Shown in pieces: positions 1 through 13,729 of a stretch of DNA of 64,000 nucleotides. Source of the DNA: Williopsis jadinii (lineage: Eukaryota); assembly GCA_024346625.1 (NCBI GenBank), contig AP024664.1, positions 3,100,001 to 3,164,000 on the forward strand. Reading direction: 5' to 3'. The notes under the pieces are model-generated. The model was given only the letters and a program-made list of their open reading frames with translations. It was not told the DNA's origin and searched no databases. The first letter of the stretch is position 1. Every line of letters starts with the position of its first letter. A program made the position numbers and the translations under genes.

Positions 1-252
1 GGCGCTAAAGATGTCAATCACGGTGTTGAGGTAGAGCTCCTTGGACTGCTCATCTGCTCCGTATGGCGGCTCGTCAACCGCCAGCAGAATAGCATCACCG
101 TGAGACCCCTTCGAGATCAGTGTACGGATGTTGTTGATCTTGGAACTCACCTCCTGCGAAGACACCGGAGGAACCTCCGGTGTGAGCTCCTCCAAGGTCA
201 TTGTGTTCTCCGGATCAAGAGCATCAATGTCTATTCTTCTCCAGTCTTCCAT
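1..252 (-). CDS. ARC15: Arp2/3 complex subunit 5, 5' part (runs off the window start)
   Basis: Manual translation from ATG at 252: MEDWRRIDIDALDPEN...AVDEPPYGADEQSKELYLNTVIDIFSA, the typical ARPC5/Arc15 N-terminus. Not in the ORF track. Confidence 0.93.
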   Translation of the reverse strand, partial: MEDWRRIDIDALDPENTMTLEELTPEVPPVSSQEVSSKINNIRTLISKGSHGDAILLAVDEPPYGADEQSKELYLNTVIDIFSA

Positions 253-539
253 TCTTTATACGCTCGTCTGTATATTTGTACCAATTGATGGGCAGAGCCT
301 GGGTTTAAAGGATATCGGGCTAAACAACACACTACAAGGGGGTGTATGGGCGGAGGATCGCAATGGCGGTTCCACCAGGGGGGAATTCGCGGCAGGACGA
401 GGGCACCGCTCGGAAGCACAGGGCCCAAACCGCAGTGTGGGAAAGCCCAGGCTACGGGGAAAGCTACAAGGGGAACACCAGCAGAGAGGCAGAGACCACG
501 TACGGCCTATACGGTAGAGGGTGATTAAGCGATAGCTAT

Positions 540-3239
<2,700 letters not shown>

Positions 3240-3291
3240 TTATTCTAAGCAAGTACCTATCGCTTTCTTCCTTACTTCGACAGAGAAGAAT

Positions 3292-3298
3292 TGACTCA
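3292..3298. promoter_or_regulatory. Gcn4/AP-1 site TGACTCA upstream of ARG5,6
   Basis: Perfect TGACTCA about 60 bp from the ARG5,6 ATG; ARG genes are classic Gcn4 targets. Confidence 0.65.
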
Positions 3299-3818
3299 CA
3301 GTGGTTGTAAAAGCGATCTGAAGGGAAAGAAGAAGAAGAAAAAAAAAACTGTCGATAGGGAGAGCGAAATTCCGATTGTTGCAAACTTTGGAGGGATGAC
3401 TGATAGTTTTTGTGGAAGACGGGGGGAGGAGGAAAAAAATTTAGGCAGATCGGTACACACACGCACAGGGGGAAACAAAGAAAAATTTTTTTGTTTGTGT
3501 TTGGCAGCTTTTTCTGTTCCCTGTGCGGTGTTTTCTGATTGCGTTTTGTGTGTGTGTGTGTGTTTTAGCAGGAGCGGCCCGTCCGCGGTGTGGGCTTTTG
3601 GTCTCTCTGTGGGCAGAAGGCGGAACAGTGGACTGGCCCTACGCGTGCGGTTACCGAATGCTGGGCTTGTAGGGGAGATCAAGCTGTGGGGGGGGGGGGC
3701 TCCCTGTGCGGACCCGCTCTCCCTGGCGCTGTGTAGCTTGCCTGCTGATTTGCCTGTATACCACCGTCTACGTTGCGCCGTTGCCATCCAAACAAGACCG
3801 TACCCAAAGTAACACGCA

Positions 3819-4414
3819 ATGACGGAAAAGGACTACCTTCCTGGTATGTGTGTCGTGGCATCTCTCTGTTGATCCGCCTAACTAACGCTTTTGCCCCCTC
3901 AACCAGCCTTCCAAGATGCCTATACGTATGTAATGCGCTCTCCCCGTTGTCTCGGTTCGTACTAACGATACACCAACGCGTGCCAAACAGTCCCCTTACA
4001 AAGGATCAGCTAGAAGTGCTTCGCCAACAGGTGCTGTCCGAGGGCGATCTCGTGTCTGTTCAGTCGAGATTCAACTATGCTTGGGGCCTAATCAAATCAG
4101 ATGTGGTTCACGACCAAAGGCTAGGCGTGAAGATCCTGACAGACGTCTACAAGGACTCTCCACAGAGACGGAGAGAGTGCCTGTACTACCTAGCCATTGG
4201 TACCTTCAAACTAGGTGATTACGCCGATGCCAGAAGATACGTGGAGTCGTTGATCGCACACGAGCCGGAAAACCATCAGGCATTGGCGTTGCAACAGATG
4301 ATTAACGATAAGATCGCCAAAGATGGCCTCATAGGCATCGCCCTGGTGTCTGGGCTGGTCGCTGCTGGTGCAACAGCCCTTTCTCTCTTCTTGAGAAACT
4401 CCAAGAGACGCTGA
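3819..4414 (+). CDS. FIS1: Mitochondrial fission protein, 3 exons (3819-3843, 3907-3925, 3991-4414), 155 aa
   Basis: Introns 3844-3906 (GTATGT..AACTAAC..CAG) and 3926-3990 (GTATGT..TACTAAC..CAG) give MTEKDYLPAFQDAYTPLTKDQLEVLRQQV; QSRFNYAWGLIKS, RRRECLYYL and a C-terminal tail anchor. Confidence 0.95.
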
Positions 4415-4498
4415 AGGGCCCATGTTTTATGCTTATACAATTCAAAAAAAAAAAGGAACAACAGATGTGACAAAGGTGACGTTTCTATATGTAGTCAA

Positions 4499-6091
4499 CT
4501 AACTAGTTTTACTCCTCCGAATGATCATGTATCTGATGAAGATCTCGATGGAGCTCACAATCAACGAGAGGAAGAAGACGGAAATGATCATATACGTGAT
4601 CCTTGTCATGTTCTTCTCGGCGATGGAGTCCGCAACGATGTCGATGAACTCTAAAAACACCTTACACCTATCGTTCAACACCTCAACTCTTTGATCTATT
4701 TCGAGGTATTCTCTGGTGGCGTTGTACAGAGGGTGTAAAGAAGGCTCAAATGACCAGAAGAACTCTGGTGTATCCAACACAGAGGATGAGAGATTAACGT
4801 CGACTCTTAGCTTGAACAGTTTACCAGACTTTTTGATCAACTGCTCACGCTTCAGTCCTAGTTTACCCGTAAGTGCTAATCTCTTGGGCAGTTTCGAAAC
4901 AGAGTACAAGATTGGTGATATCCTGGATTCAAACCTCGAGAGTTTTGTACTCTGGGCAATGGCATGCGACATTGTTAGCTTGATAAGATGATCACCAGAC
5001 CTTAAAGTGATCATATCGTTGAAGATTCTGGGTCTTTCCGTGTCCATGTCGTACTCAAAGTGGAATTGCTCAGTTTCAATGTCGTTTTCATCTAGAGGAC
5101 GTATGACGAGTTGATTTCTATCGTTTTCGTTTCTGGCAAATGCAATATCCCCAAGGATATTCTTCTCTTGAACTTCAGTAAAGTTCCAAAAGACAACAAC
5201 ACCGTACTGGAATATGAACATTTCAGCATGATGTTTGATCATCTCGACGGATTTGGCCAACTGGGGCGCCTCTTCCATCGTGGCTTCGGCAAAATACTGG
5301 GGTTCTGATGGATCAAAGGGACCAGATGTGCCTTCTTCATCTTCGGCTGGTTTGTCAATTTCATAATTATTATTGGCATCTTCTGGAGTTTCAACACCAC
5401 TGTAGTACTCATAGTGATGATCTCTGCGCTCAGATGTGTCGATAAGACGTTCCATGTACGTTTCACCTTTGGCATTCTTAGCACTCAAATTAGATTTAAT
5501 CCTAAACCCGTCCTTCCCGGGCAATAAGGGAAGACAGTAAGGGCAGTACAGTACCTCGTCGTATACTCTTGGTAATATATCATGTGTTTGCTTCAAGAAC
5601 TTAGAGGTTTCCTTCAGGTTGAAGATATCGGATACGAGGTACGCCGTGACCCTTGATAAGTTACGACCTCTTTTCTCCTTTGACATACGCTCGGCTTTGG
5701 ACCTCGAGGTCCCTCTAGCCATATTGACATGGTGTCTATCCTCTTCTTCCGGGATTAAAACCAGCTTCTGAGAAGTCTTTGACGTTCTTGAAGGAAGAGT
5801 CTGGAACGGCTTTGTATACCTCCTGTGGTCACCCAAGCTCAAGGAACCACTGGACAGCCTCTCCTCGCGTCGTCCGGACGGAATATCACTATAGTCAGAG
5901 AGGATATTGGAGACAGATATCTCACTGAACTTAGAAGAGCTTCCTCTCTTCTTCAACCTCGAACTCTTCGACAGAGAGTTGTTGTGAGCTGCACCTGCAA
6001 ACGGAGCACTTCGATAGTTTGGGTTTCTCGCATCAGTAACGAGAATAGATGGTGACCGCTTAGCAGTTGGCGTTGGCCTCTGTGGTAGCAT
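4499..6091 (-). CDS. RMD8: DUF155 / Rmd1-Rmd8 family protein
   Basis: KRSPSILVTDAR N-terminal motif, FIFQYGVVVFWNF, MSHAIAQSTKLSRFE, REYLEIDQRVEVLN, C-terminal TM. First in-frame ATG at 6091; start uncertain. Confidence 0.85.
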   Translation of the reverse strand: MLPQRPTPTAKRSPSILVTDARNPNYRSAPFAGAAHNNSLSKSSRLKKRGSSSKFSEISVSNILSDYSDIPSGRREERLSSGSLSLGDHRRYTKPFQTLPSRTSKTSQKLVLIPEEEDRHHVNMARGTSRSKAERMSKEKRGRNLSRVTAYLVSDIFNLKETSKFLKQTHDILPRVYDEVLYCPYCLPLLPGKDGFRIKSNLSAKNAKGETYMERLIDTSERRDHHYEYYSGVETPEDANNNYEIDKPAEDEEGTSGPFDPSEPQYFAEATMEEAPQLAKSVEMIKHHAEMFIFQYGVVVFWNFTEVQEKNILGDIAFARNENDRNQLVIRPLDENDIETEQFHFEYDMDTERPRIFNDMITLRSGDHLIKLTMSHAIAQSTKLSRFESRISPILYSVSKLPKRLALTGKLGLKREQLIKKSGKLFKLRVDVNLSSSVLDTPEFFWSFEPSLHPLYNATREYLEIDQRVEVLNDRCKVFLEFIDIVADSIAEKNMTRITYMIISVFFLSLIVSSIEIFIRYMIIRRSKTS

Positions 6092-6384
6092 AGCGCTGAG
6101 GTGTTCGAACAAGCTGTAAAAGGTTACCCGCCCACTTCCTTAACGTACAAGCTCATGGCATTTGATACTGCGATGAGAAGCGTTTATGGTTTGCTCTGTA
6201 TAGCATTACCATTTACGGATATCCGAGGGTAAAACATGTACCGGATCTCTTCACTTTGTGTTGTGTTGTTGTTGATTTTTTCTTGGAGGGGGGTCTTCCT
6301 CCGAGGCGCTAAGAAGACGGCGAACACACCAATAACAAAGACAGTCAACGTGTATAAGCGCTTGGGGATAAAGCAGTAATAACC

Positions 6385-8001
6385 ATGTCTGATTTAGAAG
6401 AGGACTTGCTAGCGTTGGCCGGTGGTGCTGGATCCGAAAGTGAGATTGAAAGTGATTACGAGCCTGCGCCAGCAGAGAGAAGCTCATCTCAGGAGCGTAA
6501 GAGAAGAAGGGTCGATGATGATGATGATGATGATGAGGAGGATGATGATGAAGACGACTACGATCCTGAAGCGGCGTTTGCATCGGAGAATGAGGATGAG
6601 GAAGACTTTGAGGAGGTGAATCCTTATCCCTTGGAAGGGAAGTATAAGAACGAACAGGATAAGCTGGAGTTGGAGGAGATGCCCGAAGTCGAGAGAGAAT
6701 CGGTGTTGTTTGAGCGTTCACAAGAGTTACAAAAGTACCAGGAACGTAAGCTCCTTGCACAGAGATCACACCAGAACAAGAGACAACTTGAGAGGTCGTC
6801 GAGATCTCAGAAGGTGAAGGAGTCTGCACGGTCTTTGAAAACGTCCAAGTTGTCAGAGTTGAAGAAGCAGAGAGAGAAGAAGCACAGAAGAGAGCGTGAC
6901 GACTATGAAAGTGAGAGCGAGGAAGAGGAGGACCCGTATGATTTGGGTGATGAAGATGACGACGAGGATGGTTACGAGCCGGATTTCCAGTCCTATGACG
7001 ATCAGGAGGTACAGTGGGCTACACGCCAGACACGGAAACCAGTGGCCGTTAACGATATAAATACTATCAAGACCAGTCGTTCAGTTGCTGAGAAATTCTG
7101 CTTCTATCCTGGATTTGAAGACGCTGTTATTGGGACTTATGGTAAGGTACGTATCTCCCCAACAGCGTACAGAATGGTGAGAATTGAAGGTGTGGTACAA
7201 GGTAAGCCATACCAATTGAACGATCAAAAGGTTATGACAAACCAATACTTCCAACTTTATCAGCCTGGTATGCCGAAAAAGAACTTCCCAATGAACAGGC
7301 TTAGCGACGAACCGATCACACAACAGGAATTTGACAAATGGAAAGAGTACATTGATAGGGCCAAGGCTGAAGGCAAGTCTGTTTCAGCTCCAACGATTAG
7401 CGAGGTTGAACGTAAATATGCGGAGTTGAAGCAATTTGGTAACCTCAAACTTGATGGTGAAACCTTTAAGCAATACATGGAGAACAGAAAAAGATTCAAC
7501 AACACAGTTGCAGAGAGTGACGTTCTTGGAACTAAGTTGAAATTGAAACAGAAATTAAGCATTGCACAACTACAGGGAAATTCTAACGAAGTGAAAAGAC
7601 TCTCGAAGGAATTGGGTGAAATAGAGAAGACCTTCAATAAGATCTCTAACACAAAGATTGAGTCGGCACCTCTCGCTGCGATTATATCTGAAAAGAATAG
7701 AAGATTGAACATTGAACGTGTCAGAAATGCAGAGCTTAAGGACTTTGAAAAGAGACGTACCACGACACAACTCAACAGTGATCCATTTGCCAGATTGACT
7801 ACAAAGGCAAGAATGTATTATAGTGAAGCTAATAAGGAGGAAACGGAGAAGGCCAAGAAGGATGCTGAACAGCAAGCCGTTGCGAATGCCGATAAAAAGA
7901 AGAAAGAACAGGAGTCATTACACACTGCCAAATACAGAACCCTGGGACACTTGGACAAGATGATCTCCTCCATCGATTTCAAATTTGACATTGAGCTTTA
8001 A
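6385..8001 (+). CDS. RTF1: Paf1 complex subunit (Plus3 domain)
   Basis: [13 protein letters not shown] start, [12 protein letters not shown] histone-modification region, Plus3-like core, SDPFARLTT motif. Confidence 0.95.
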   Translation: MSDLEEDLLALAGGAGSESEIESDYEPAPAERSSSQERKRRRVDDDDDDDEEDDDEDDYDPEAAFASENEDEEDFEEVNPYPLEGKYKNEQDKLELEEMPEVERESVLFERSQELQKYQERKLLAQRSHQNKRQLERSSRSQKVKESARSLKTSKLSELKKQREKKHRRERDDYESESEEEEDPYDLGDEDDDEDGYEPDFQSYDDQEVQWATRQTRKPVAVNDINTIKTSRSVAEKFCFYPGFEDAVIGTYGKVRISPTAYRMVRIEGVVQGKPYQLNDQKVMTNQYFQLYQPGMPKKNFPMNRLSDEPITQQEFDKWKEYIDRAKAEGKSVSAPTISEVERKYAELKQFGNLKLDGETFKQYMENRKRFNNTVAESDVLGTKLKLKQKLSIAQLQGNSNEVKRLSKELGEIEKTFNKISNTKIESAPLAAIISEKNRRLNIERVRNAELKDFEKRRTTTQLNSDPFARLTTKARMYYSEANKEETEKAKKDAEQQAVANADKKKKEQESLHTAKYRTLGHLDKMISSIDFKFDIEL

Positions 8002-8151
8002 GAAAAGGTATAGTATGGGTATGTTTTTTTATTTTCTTCTTGAATTGTACTTTCTTACATTGGTTGTAAGAGAAACATGCAAAATGAGCACATATTTGTA
8101 AGAACGTTATATATTGTATAGTATGTATTCGATATATCAGTTGTTGATAAC

Positions 8152-8715
8152 TCATTCAGAACCAGAGTCTGAGCCTTCGTCATCATCCTCAACGTCAACA
8201 TCGCCTGTGATTGTTAGTCCATATTCCATCTCAAGCCGGGTATTTAACTCACCTATTTGCTTTTCCTCCTCCTCCAATTGGAATGCCATTTCTGCACCTT
8301 GTAATATATCTATCAACGAATCGTTATCGTGTACAAGGTCGATTGGTTTCTGACCAGCGTTGTTCTTAATTCTTGCGTCTGCGCCCGCTTCGATAAGGGT
8401 CTCAGCAATAAAGGTACCATGCTCAGGTTCACTTTCACTATAGCGCACCGCCATATGAAGAGGCGTGTCACCGTCCAGCGTATTTGTAGGATCAACCTCA
8501 ACTCCTTCACAGTCCAAGATCTCGTCCATTACTTCGTAAGAACCATACTTCGCAGCAAGGTGAAGGGGTGTATTCCCAAGGGCATCTCGGGAGTCGTTAA
8601 TGATACTGGTGATTTGGTCACCAGATTCCTTGATGATCTCCCCCAGGAGATCCGTATTGTTTCTTCTGGCAGCCTCCAAGACCTGTTCCTTGTACGAAGC
8701 ACCCTCTTCTGACAT
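8152..8715 (-). CDS. Ankyrin-repeat protein, orthologue of S. cerevisiae YGL242C
   Basis: AARRNNTDLL, GNTPLHLAAKYGS, GDTPLHMAVRYS..EPEHGTFIA; lies between RTF1 and KAP114 as in S. cerevisiae. Confidence 0.88.
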   Translation of the reverse strand: MSEEGASYKEQVLEAARRNNTDLLGEIIKESGDQITSIINDSRDALGNTPLHLAAKYGSYEVMDEILDCEGVEVDPTNTLDGDTPLHMAVRYSESEPEHGTFIAETLIEAGADARIKNNAGQKPIDLVHDNDSLIDILQGAEMAFQLEEEEKQIGELNTRLEMEYGLTITGDVDVEDDDEGSDSGSE

Positions 8716-9278
8716 CGCAACCTCTCTATCTCTATCTGTTTATGTGTACACCGTTATCCCTCTAAATAGGCGGTGCCAGGCACACGGTGAATTGCCCTTT
8801 TTTTCTGTCTGTCCTCCACCGAGCTTTCCACTGGAGGCATTTTACTCCTGTTTAGCGGACCAGCAGCAGCAGCGGCGGCAGCGTGCACTCGTAGGAGGAG
8901 AGCGAGAGCAGAAAATTTCATGGGCTCTCCAGCCAAAATTGACCGTGAGCAGTAGCTAAGGAGAGCCGAATCCTTTCCACACAGCGAACAACTCAGCTGG
9001 AACAATAACAGTTTGAATCAGGCTTAGTGAGCCTGACAGATTCGAAACATCTCCACTTCATTGCTCTCTCAGAGGCGCTAACGTTCTAATTGTGAAGTAT
9101 TTCCCTCGAGCGTTGCTGTTGCTTATATAATGTAGCCTTTGGTTTTGTGTACCGTGAAAAATGCAAAGGGCCTGTGAGAAGGAAAATCGAGGCACATGTT
9201 TTTACCGCCAAAGTACACTGACAACAACAACGTCATCATCAACATCAACAGCCGCGGAGCTTCGAAAGCACTGCTCAA

Positions 9279-12149
9279 ATGTCACTGCTGGTCCTATTGA
9301 ACGCGGTCCAATCGCCTGATAACAATCAGCGTAAGCTGGCGGAGGAACAGCTCGGTGTCGCTGTAGCCGCGGACCCATCGTCCACTGCACTTGAGCTCAT
9401 CAACATTGCAAAGGCGCATGGCGATCTTGCTCTGAGACAGTTTGCGTTGCTTTACCTGAAGAAGATAGTACCGATGTATTGGAGTGCTGGTTTTGAGTCC
9501 TTTAAAGGGCCTGCGATCTCCCAGGAGCACAAGGCTGCCATCAGAAACTCACTACTTGAAGTCGTCACAAACGACCCACATTCAAAGATCAGAAATGGTG
9601 CTTCCTATGCGGTGGTACAGATCGCAGTGGTTGACTATCCCGACGAATGGCCAAGTCTCTTGGAGACCCTGTACAATCACATGATTTCTCTGAACAGGAT
9701 TGCCGTGCTTGGTGGTCTGTCATTGCTTCAGGACTTACTCGATGACCTTGTCACTGAAGAACAGTTCTTTAACGGCGTGGGAATTGCCATTATTTCACAG
9801 TGTATGAAGTTGATGGGAAATTCAACAGTGGATGCTGAAGTTAAGACAGCAGCTGCCAATCTGTACAAATCGTGTCTCCTACAACTGGAGAACCCTGCAT
9901 ATTTGGAAGACGAGAGTAAAAGACCTGCTCTACAACAGCATTTCAACGAAATTGTCACTATGATGACAGTGTTACTCCAGGATACTACCCTTGATATACA
10001 CTGCATGCTTTTCAGAACGGCACTTTACGCCATAGCTTACGTATTGGCAACCGAATTTCCTGAGGAGTTATTTGAACCTAATGCCAAGCTTGCACTACAG
10101 AAGGAAACCATAAACGACGTTTCACAACTAGCAGGGTTGTTTGCAACAGTTGTAATTCAAGAAGATGATGAATTTCCAAATGATACGGAGTTCGACACCG
10201 TCACTGTGTTGACCAACCTTGTAATTGAACAATTCCAATTCTTAGGTGGCTTAGAGGATCTTGGATTGTTCAGTGTCCTGACCAGCGACAACTTCCTGAA
10301 TGCTATCATCACAGTTGCCTCTCTCCCATTGGAAACAGAGTCCGAATATTCTGAGGAATATGACACTTTTGTCACAGAAGAAACGGGCGTTTCACCTGAC
10401 TTTTCTGCCAGAAACGCTGTGTTTCAATACATGTCTGAGCTTAATGCTGAAGACGTTTCTAAAGTGTTCAACGGCCTAATTGATCAATTACAGTATGATC
10501 AACCATGGAAAACAACAGAAGCGGTGCTATATCTGCTTTGTGGATTGTTCGACCACCAAGAACCAATAGCATCACAGTCTTCTCTTGTGGACTCATTGAA
10601 TAAATTCTTGCAATTTACAGAGAGTCCTAACACACTGTTGCGGGCCAGGGCTGTGATCACCGTACCTTTATTCTTGGACAAGTTCCAAGATCGTTTATCA
10701 GATGATTTTGCTACAAAATCATTATTGCATTGCATAAGACTTGCCAATAATGACTCAACAGAGTTGTTCAAATCGGCATTTTTAGTGGCTCTATTGAGTT
10801 ACCGTGAATTGGTGGAGTTTCACAATTTGGGAAATGAAATTCAAAATGTCTTATTCGACATCATAGCCTCATTAATCTCTTCAGCAAAGGATGATACACC
10901 ACCATTGTTAGCTGAAGCTCTCGTCATTGCTTTGAAGATTAACAACGTTTCTATGGCGGCACTGAACCTCATGTTTGAAATCGCTCAAAAGGATGCTGGC
11001 AATATTGAACTTGTATTGGACATTGAAGATGTGTTGGAAACATTATTAGAATCCATAGATATGACCACTTTCACCGGTTACATTCAGAATGTCCTTTCAA
11101 GGTTCATCCCAGTTATCGTTAATTCAAAGGGTGACTTCTCCGCTGAACTGATGTTAGCACTCCAAGTACTTTCTATCTTTCTTGAAAGCTGTCCTGGAGA
11201 AATCCCCGAAGATGTTTTTGCTGCTGTTGACCCTGTGATTTATGATCTCTTGATGGTTACATCTGACGATCAAGTCTTACAAGCCGGTGGTGAGCTTTAT
11301 AACTCGCTCATCAAGAATTCAGATGCTAACCTCTTTGATATACAAAAGGTGTTGCAAGTTTTAAGCAAATTCTTAAACCCAGAACTATCCGACAGTGCTG
11401 CTTTGAATGTTGGTACATTATCTGTGTCTGTCATCACTAAGTTTAGCTCCAATCTGGAAACTTTCTTGCCAGAGATTTTGAAGGCAACAACACAGAGACT
11501 CCTACAAGCTCGTGAACTGGCCACCATCCAAGACTTGCTAAACGTGCTATGCTACATGATCTCTATAGATGTGACACAGTCGGTCCAATTCCTTGCAAAC
11601 TTTGAGATACAAAAGATCTTCAATATTTGGTTTAGCAACTTTAGCTCAGTTAGTGGAACAAGTGAAATCAAGCACAACTGTCAAGCCTTAGTGGCACTCT
11701 TCCTTAGCGGAATTGACTTTGACTTCACTGTCGATGGTGATGAGATGGTTGACCTTGCTAACCCTAATCTTATCATCACACGATCAATGAGAAAGAATGC
11801 AGAGTATAAGCAGATTCTTGTCCCTGTGAAGATCATCAAACTTCTTGTTCATGAGCTAAGAGATCAATCTACGAATCATCAATATGAGTCCAGAGATGGC
11901 GATATCGATGCTGTTGCTGATGATGATGAAGAGGGATGGGAAGACTTTGATGATATCCGTGATGATTTCGATAAGTTCAAAGAGACCATTGGTGATAGTG
12001 ATATAGTTAAGGATGAGGATCTTAGAGTATACCTGATCAGTTTCTTCAAGCAAGTTGCCAAGGACAATATCCATGACTTCAAGTCCATTTATGAACTTTA
12101 CCTTACAGACGATGAACGTCAAACGTTGACCGACACGCTTATTGAGTGA
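9279..12149 (+). CDS. KAP114: Importin-9-like karyopherin
   Basis: Importin-beta N-terminal domain (LKKIVPMYWSAGF, IAVVDYPDEWPSLL), LIITRSM motif and acidic loop; synteny with YGL242C/RTF1. Confidence 0.9.
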   Translation: MSLLVLLNAVQSPDNNQRKLAEEQLGVAVAADPSSTALELINIAKAHGDLALRQFALLYLKKIVPMYWSAGFESFKGPAISQEHKAAIRNSLLEVVTNDPHSKIRNGASYAVVQIAVVDYPDEWPSLLETLYNHMISLNRIAVLGGLSLLQDLLDDLVTEEQFFNGVGIAIISQCMKLMGNSTVDAEVKTAAANLYKSCLLQLENPAYLEDESKRPALQQHFNEIVTMMTVLLQDTTLDIHCMLFRTALYAIAYVLATEFPEELFEPNAKLALQKETINDVSQLAGLFATVVIQEDDEFPNDTEFDTVTVLTNLVIEQFQFLGGLEDLGLFSVLTSDNFLNAIITVASLPLETESEYSEEYDTFVTEETGVSPDFSARNAVFQYMSELNAEDVSKVFNGLIDQLQYDQPWKTTEAVLYLLCGLFDHQEPIASQSSLVDSLNKFLQFTESPNTLLRARAVITVPLFLDKFQDRLSDDFATKSLLHCIRLANNDSTELFKSAFLVALLSYRELVEFHNLGNEIQNVLFDIIASLISSAKDDTPPLLAEALVIALKINNVSMAALNLMFEIAQKDAGNIELVLDIEDVLETLLESIDMTTFTGYIQNVLSRFIPVIVNSKGDFSAELMLALQVLSIFLESCPGEIPEDVFAAVDPVIYDLLMVTSDDQVLQAGGELYNSLIKNSDANLFDIQKVLQVLSKFLNPELSDSAALNVGTLSVSVITKFSSNLETFLPEILKATTQRLLQARELATIQDLLNVLCYMISIDVTQSVQFLANFEIQKIFNIWFSNFSSVSGTSEIKHNCQALVALFLSGIDFDFTVDGDEMVDLANPNLIITRSMRKNAEYKQILVPVKIIKLLVHELRDQSTNHQYESRDGDIDAVADDDEEGWEDFDDIRDDFDKFKETIGDSDIVKDEDLRVYLISFFKQVAKDNIHDFKSIYELYLTDDERQTLTDTLIE

Positions 12150-12263
12150 GTAACACGAAAATCTACATCACTAATTATATTGTTAAGTTAGTATAATAGT
12201 ATGTAATATCCTCTAGTTATTTTAATATGTAAAATAAATAATCTGTATAGAAGGATAAAGCTC

Positions 12264-13682
12264 TCATTTGGTCTTCTCCTCAGTTTTCTTTACAGGCTCT
12301 TCAATAGGCAATTCTGTGGAGTTGGTATCCTTAGCCTCAGAAGGCGTACTTTCCACAACATCCGGTGACTCTATTTGCTTTTTAGCTTCAGGTTCTGGAA
12401 TGGCTTCAGGTTGTGTGTCCTCTGTCTTTTGCTCTTCCTCAAAATCTTCTAGCTTGATATCATCCTTTACAGGTGCAATGGGTTGTGACTTAGACTGCTC
12501 CTGTTCCTCCTTAATAAGTTCTTGTTGTTCCTTAACAAGCTCCAATCTCAAGGAGACATCATTGGCTGAAACTTCCGACTTGGTAATGTTGTACACCTGA
12601 TCAGGGATGGAACGTAACACCTGGACCAAAGCATCGTAATAACTATCCAAATTGGAGGCTTCACCGTAGGTGTAGACACTTGACAAGATCAAAAGCGTCG
12701 AAGGAATCTTCTGTCTGAGTCTGAGGTCCAACCAGATGTTCAAATCATCTTTCAATCTGGCCGGAGAAACCCCCTGTGTCTTAATACCTCTTGAAGAGCA
12801 GGCAGATTGGAGCTCTTTGACAGATAACGATGAAACACCTTCGTAATCAATTGCACGATCATCCTTAATAATTTGCAACAGTCTATATCTGATTTGATAC
12901 CTGAGGATCTGGTCTGAACCAAATGGTCTCAAGTTCATATACTTCGCCATGGCAACTAGTTGTGGTCTTGACAAGTTGTCCAACACCAAGTCGTTCTTGA
13001 ACAATCTCGCAATTTTGATAACCTGCTCCTTGCTTGGACTTTCACCCAGGGTATTCAGCGATCTGAAGAACTGCACAAATTCTGCTTTATCCTGTTCTGA
13101 TGTTGACTTGGGTATCTTGATACCACTCTCTTTGAAGGTTTGTCTCAAGAATGAAGAGGTTTGATCTCTTGTCTTGATGAGCTGCGCCTTCTTCTTCTTC
13201 TTATCATCCTTGGATTCGTACGTCGAAGGTAAGAGGTTTGGGAACAGCTTCAAAGCAATTGGCAGTAACAGTTCTGCAAATGGGATGATGATGAAAGCAG
13301 AGAATGGAACCAGTCTAAACAAGTCACCAGTGGTTCTGGACAGCTGTGTCTGTTCTCTTCTCGTCAATTCATAGCCCCTGAGCATCTTGAACAGGAGCTT
13401 TGTAGAGATGTTCACCTCGTAACCCAAAAGCTTGGTACCATCCCAATAGTGGTGTACTTCATGCTTGATTCTATCCCACAGAGGCGGCTTCTCCTTCTTC
13501 TCTACAGTCTGCGGAACATCCTTGATCTCCTTGGTCTCAGAGCTCTGTGGCGGCTTGCTGGCCTGACTCTGGTATCTTGTTTGGCACCTATAGAAGAGAG
13601 CTGATGTTGAACGGCTCAACGGCGACTTCGAGCCATATAGAGAGGCGCCACCTAGAGAGCAACTTTTTGGAGGGCGTATCAT
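12264..13682 (-). CDS. MDM38: LETM1-family mitochondrial inner-membrane protein (Mdm38/Ylh47)
   Basis: HYWDGTKLLG, RLVPFSAFIIIPFAELLLPIALKLFPNLLPSTYES, WLDLRLRQKIPSTLLILS; N-terminal presequence. Confidence 0.95.
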   Translation of the reverse strand: MIRPPKSCSLGGASLYGSKSPLSRSTSALFYRCQTRYQSQASKPPQSSETKEIKDVPQTVEKKEKPPLWDRIKHEVHHYWDGTKLLGYEVNISTKLLFKMLRGYELTRREQTQLSRTTGDLFRLVPFSAFIIIPFAELLLPIALKLFPNLLPSTYESKDDKKKKKAQLIKTRDQTSSFLRQTFKESGIKIPKSTSEQDKAEFVQFFRSLNTLGESPSKEQVIKIARLFKNDLVLDNLSRPQLVAMAKYMNLRPFGSDQILRYQIRYRLLQIIKDDRAIDYEGVSSLSVKELQSACSSRGIKTQGVSPARLKDDLNIWLDLRLRQKIPSTLLILSSVYTYGEASNLDSYYDALVQVLRSIPDQVYNITKSEVSANDVSLRLELVKEQQELIKEEQEQSKSQPIAPVKDDIKLEDFEEEQKTEDTQPEAIPEPEAKKQIESPDVVESTPSEAKDTNSTELPIEEPVKKTEEKTK

Positions 13683-13729
13683 CCTGGTATCTCAATCACG
13701 AACCCAACAGTGTCTCAAGTATCCTTTGG

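Noticed and set aside
3291..3812. ORFs on both strands between ARG5,6 and FIS1
   Set aside because: They translate poly-A, (TG)n and poly-G promoter tracts.
6114..6148. Possible 35-nt intron (GTACGT..CAG) giving RMD8 an in-frame MSFLFEH start at 6156
   Set aside because: Shorter than any other intron here (53 nt or more) and lacks a CTAAC/CTGAC branch point; not supportable without RNA data.
8830..9110. RNase P, U4 or U5 RNA
   Set aside because: Only partial look-alikes (GGGAAAT, CTGAGAGA, GCATTTTAC); no P4 pairing, CR-V or exact U5 loop I.
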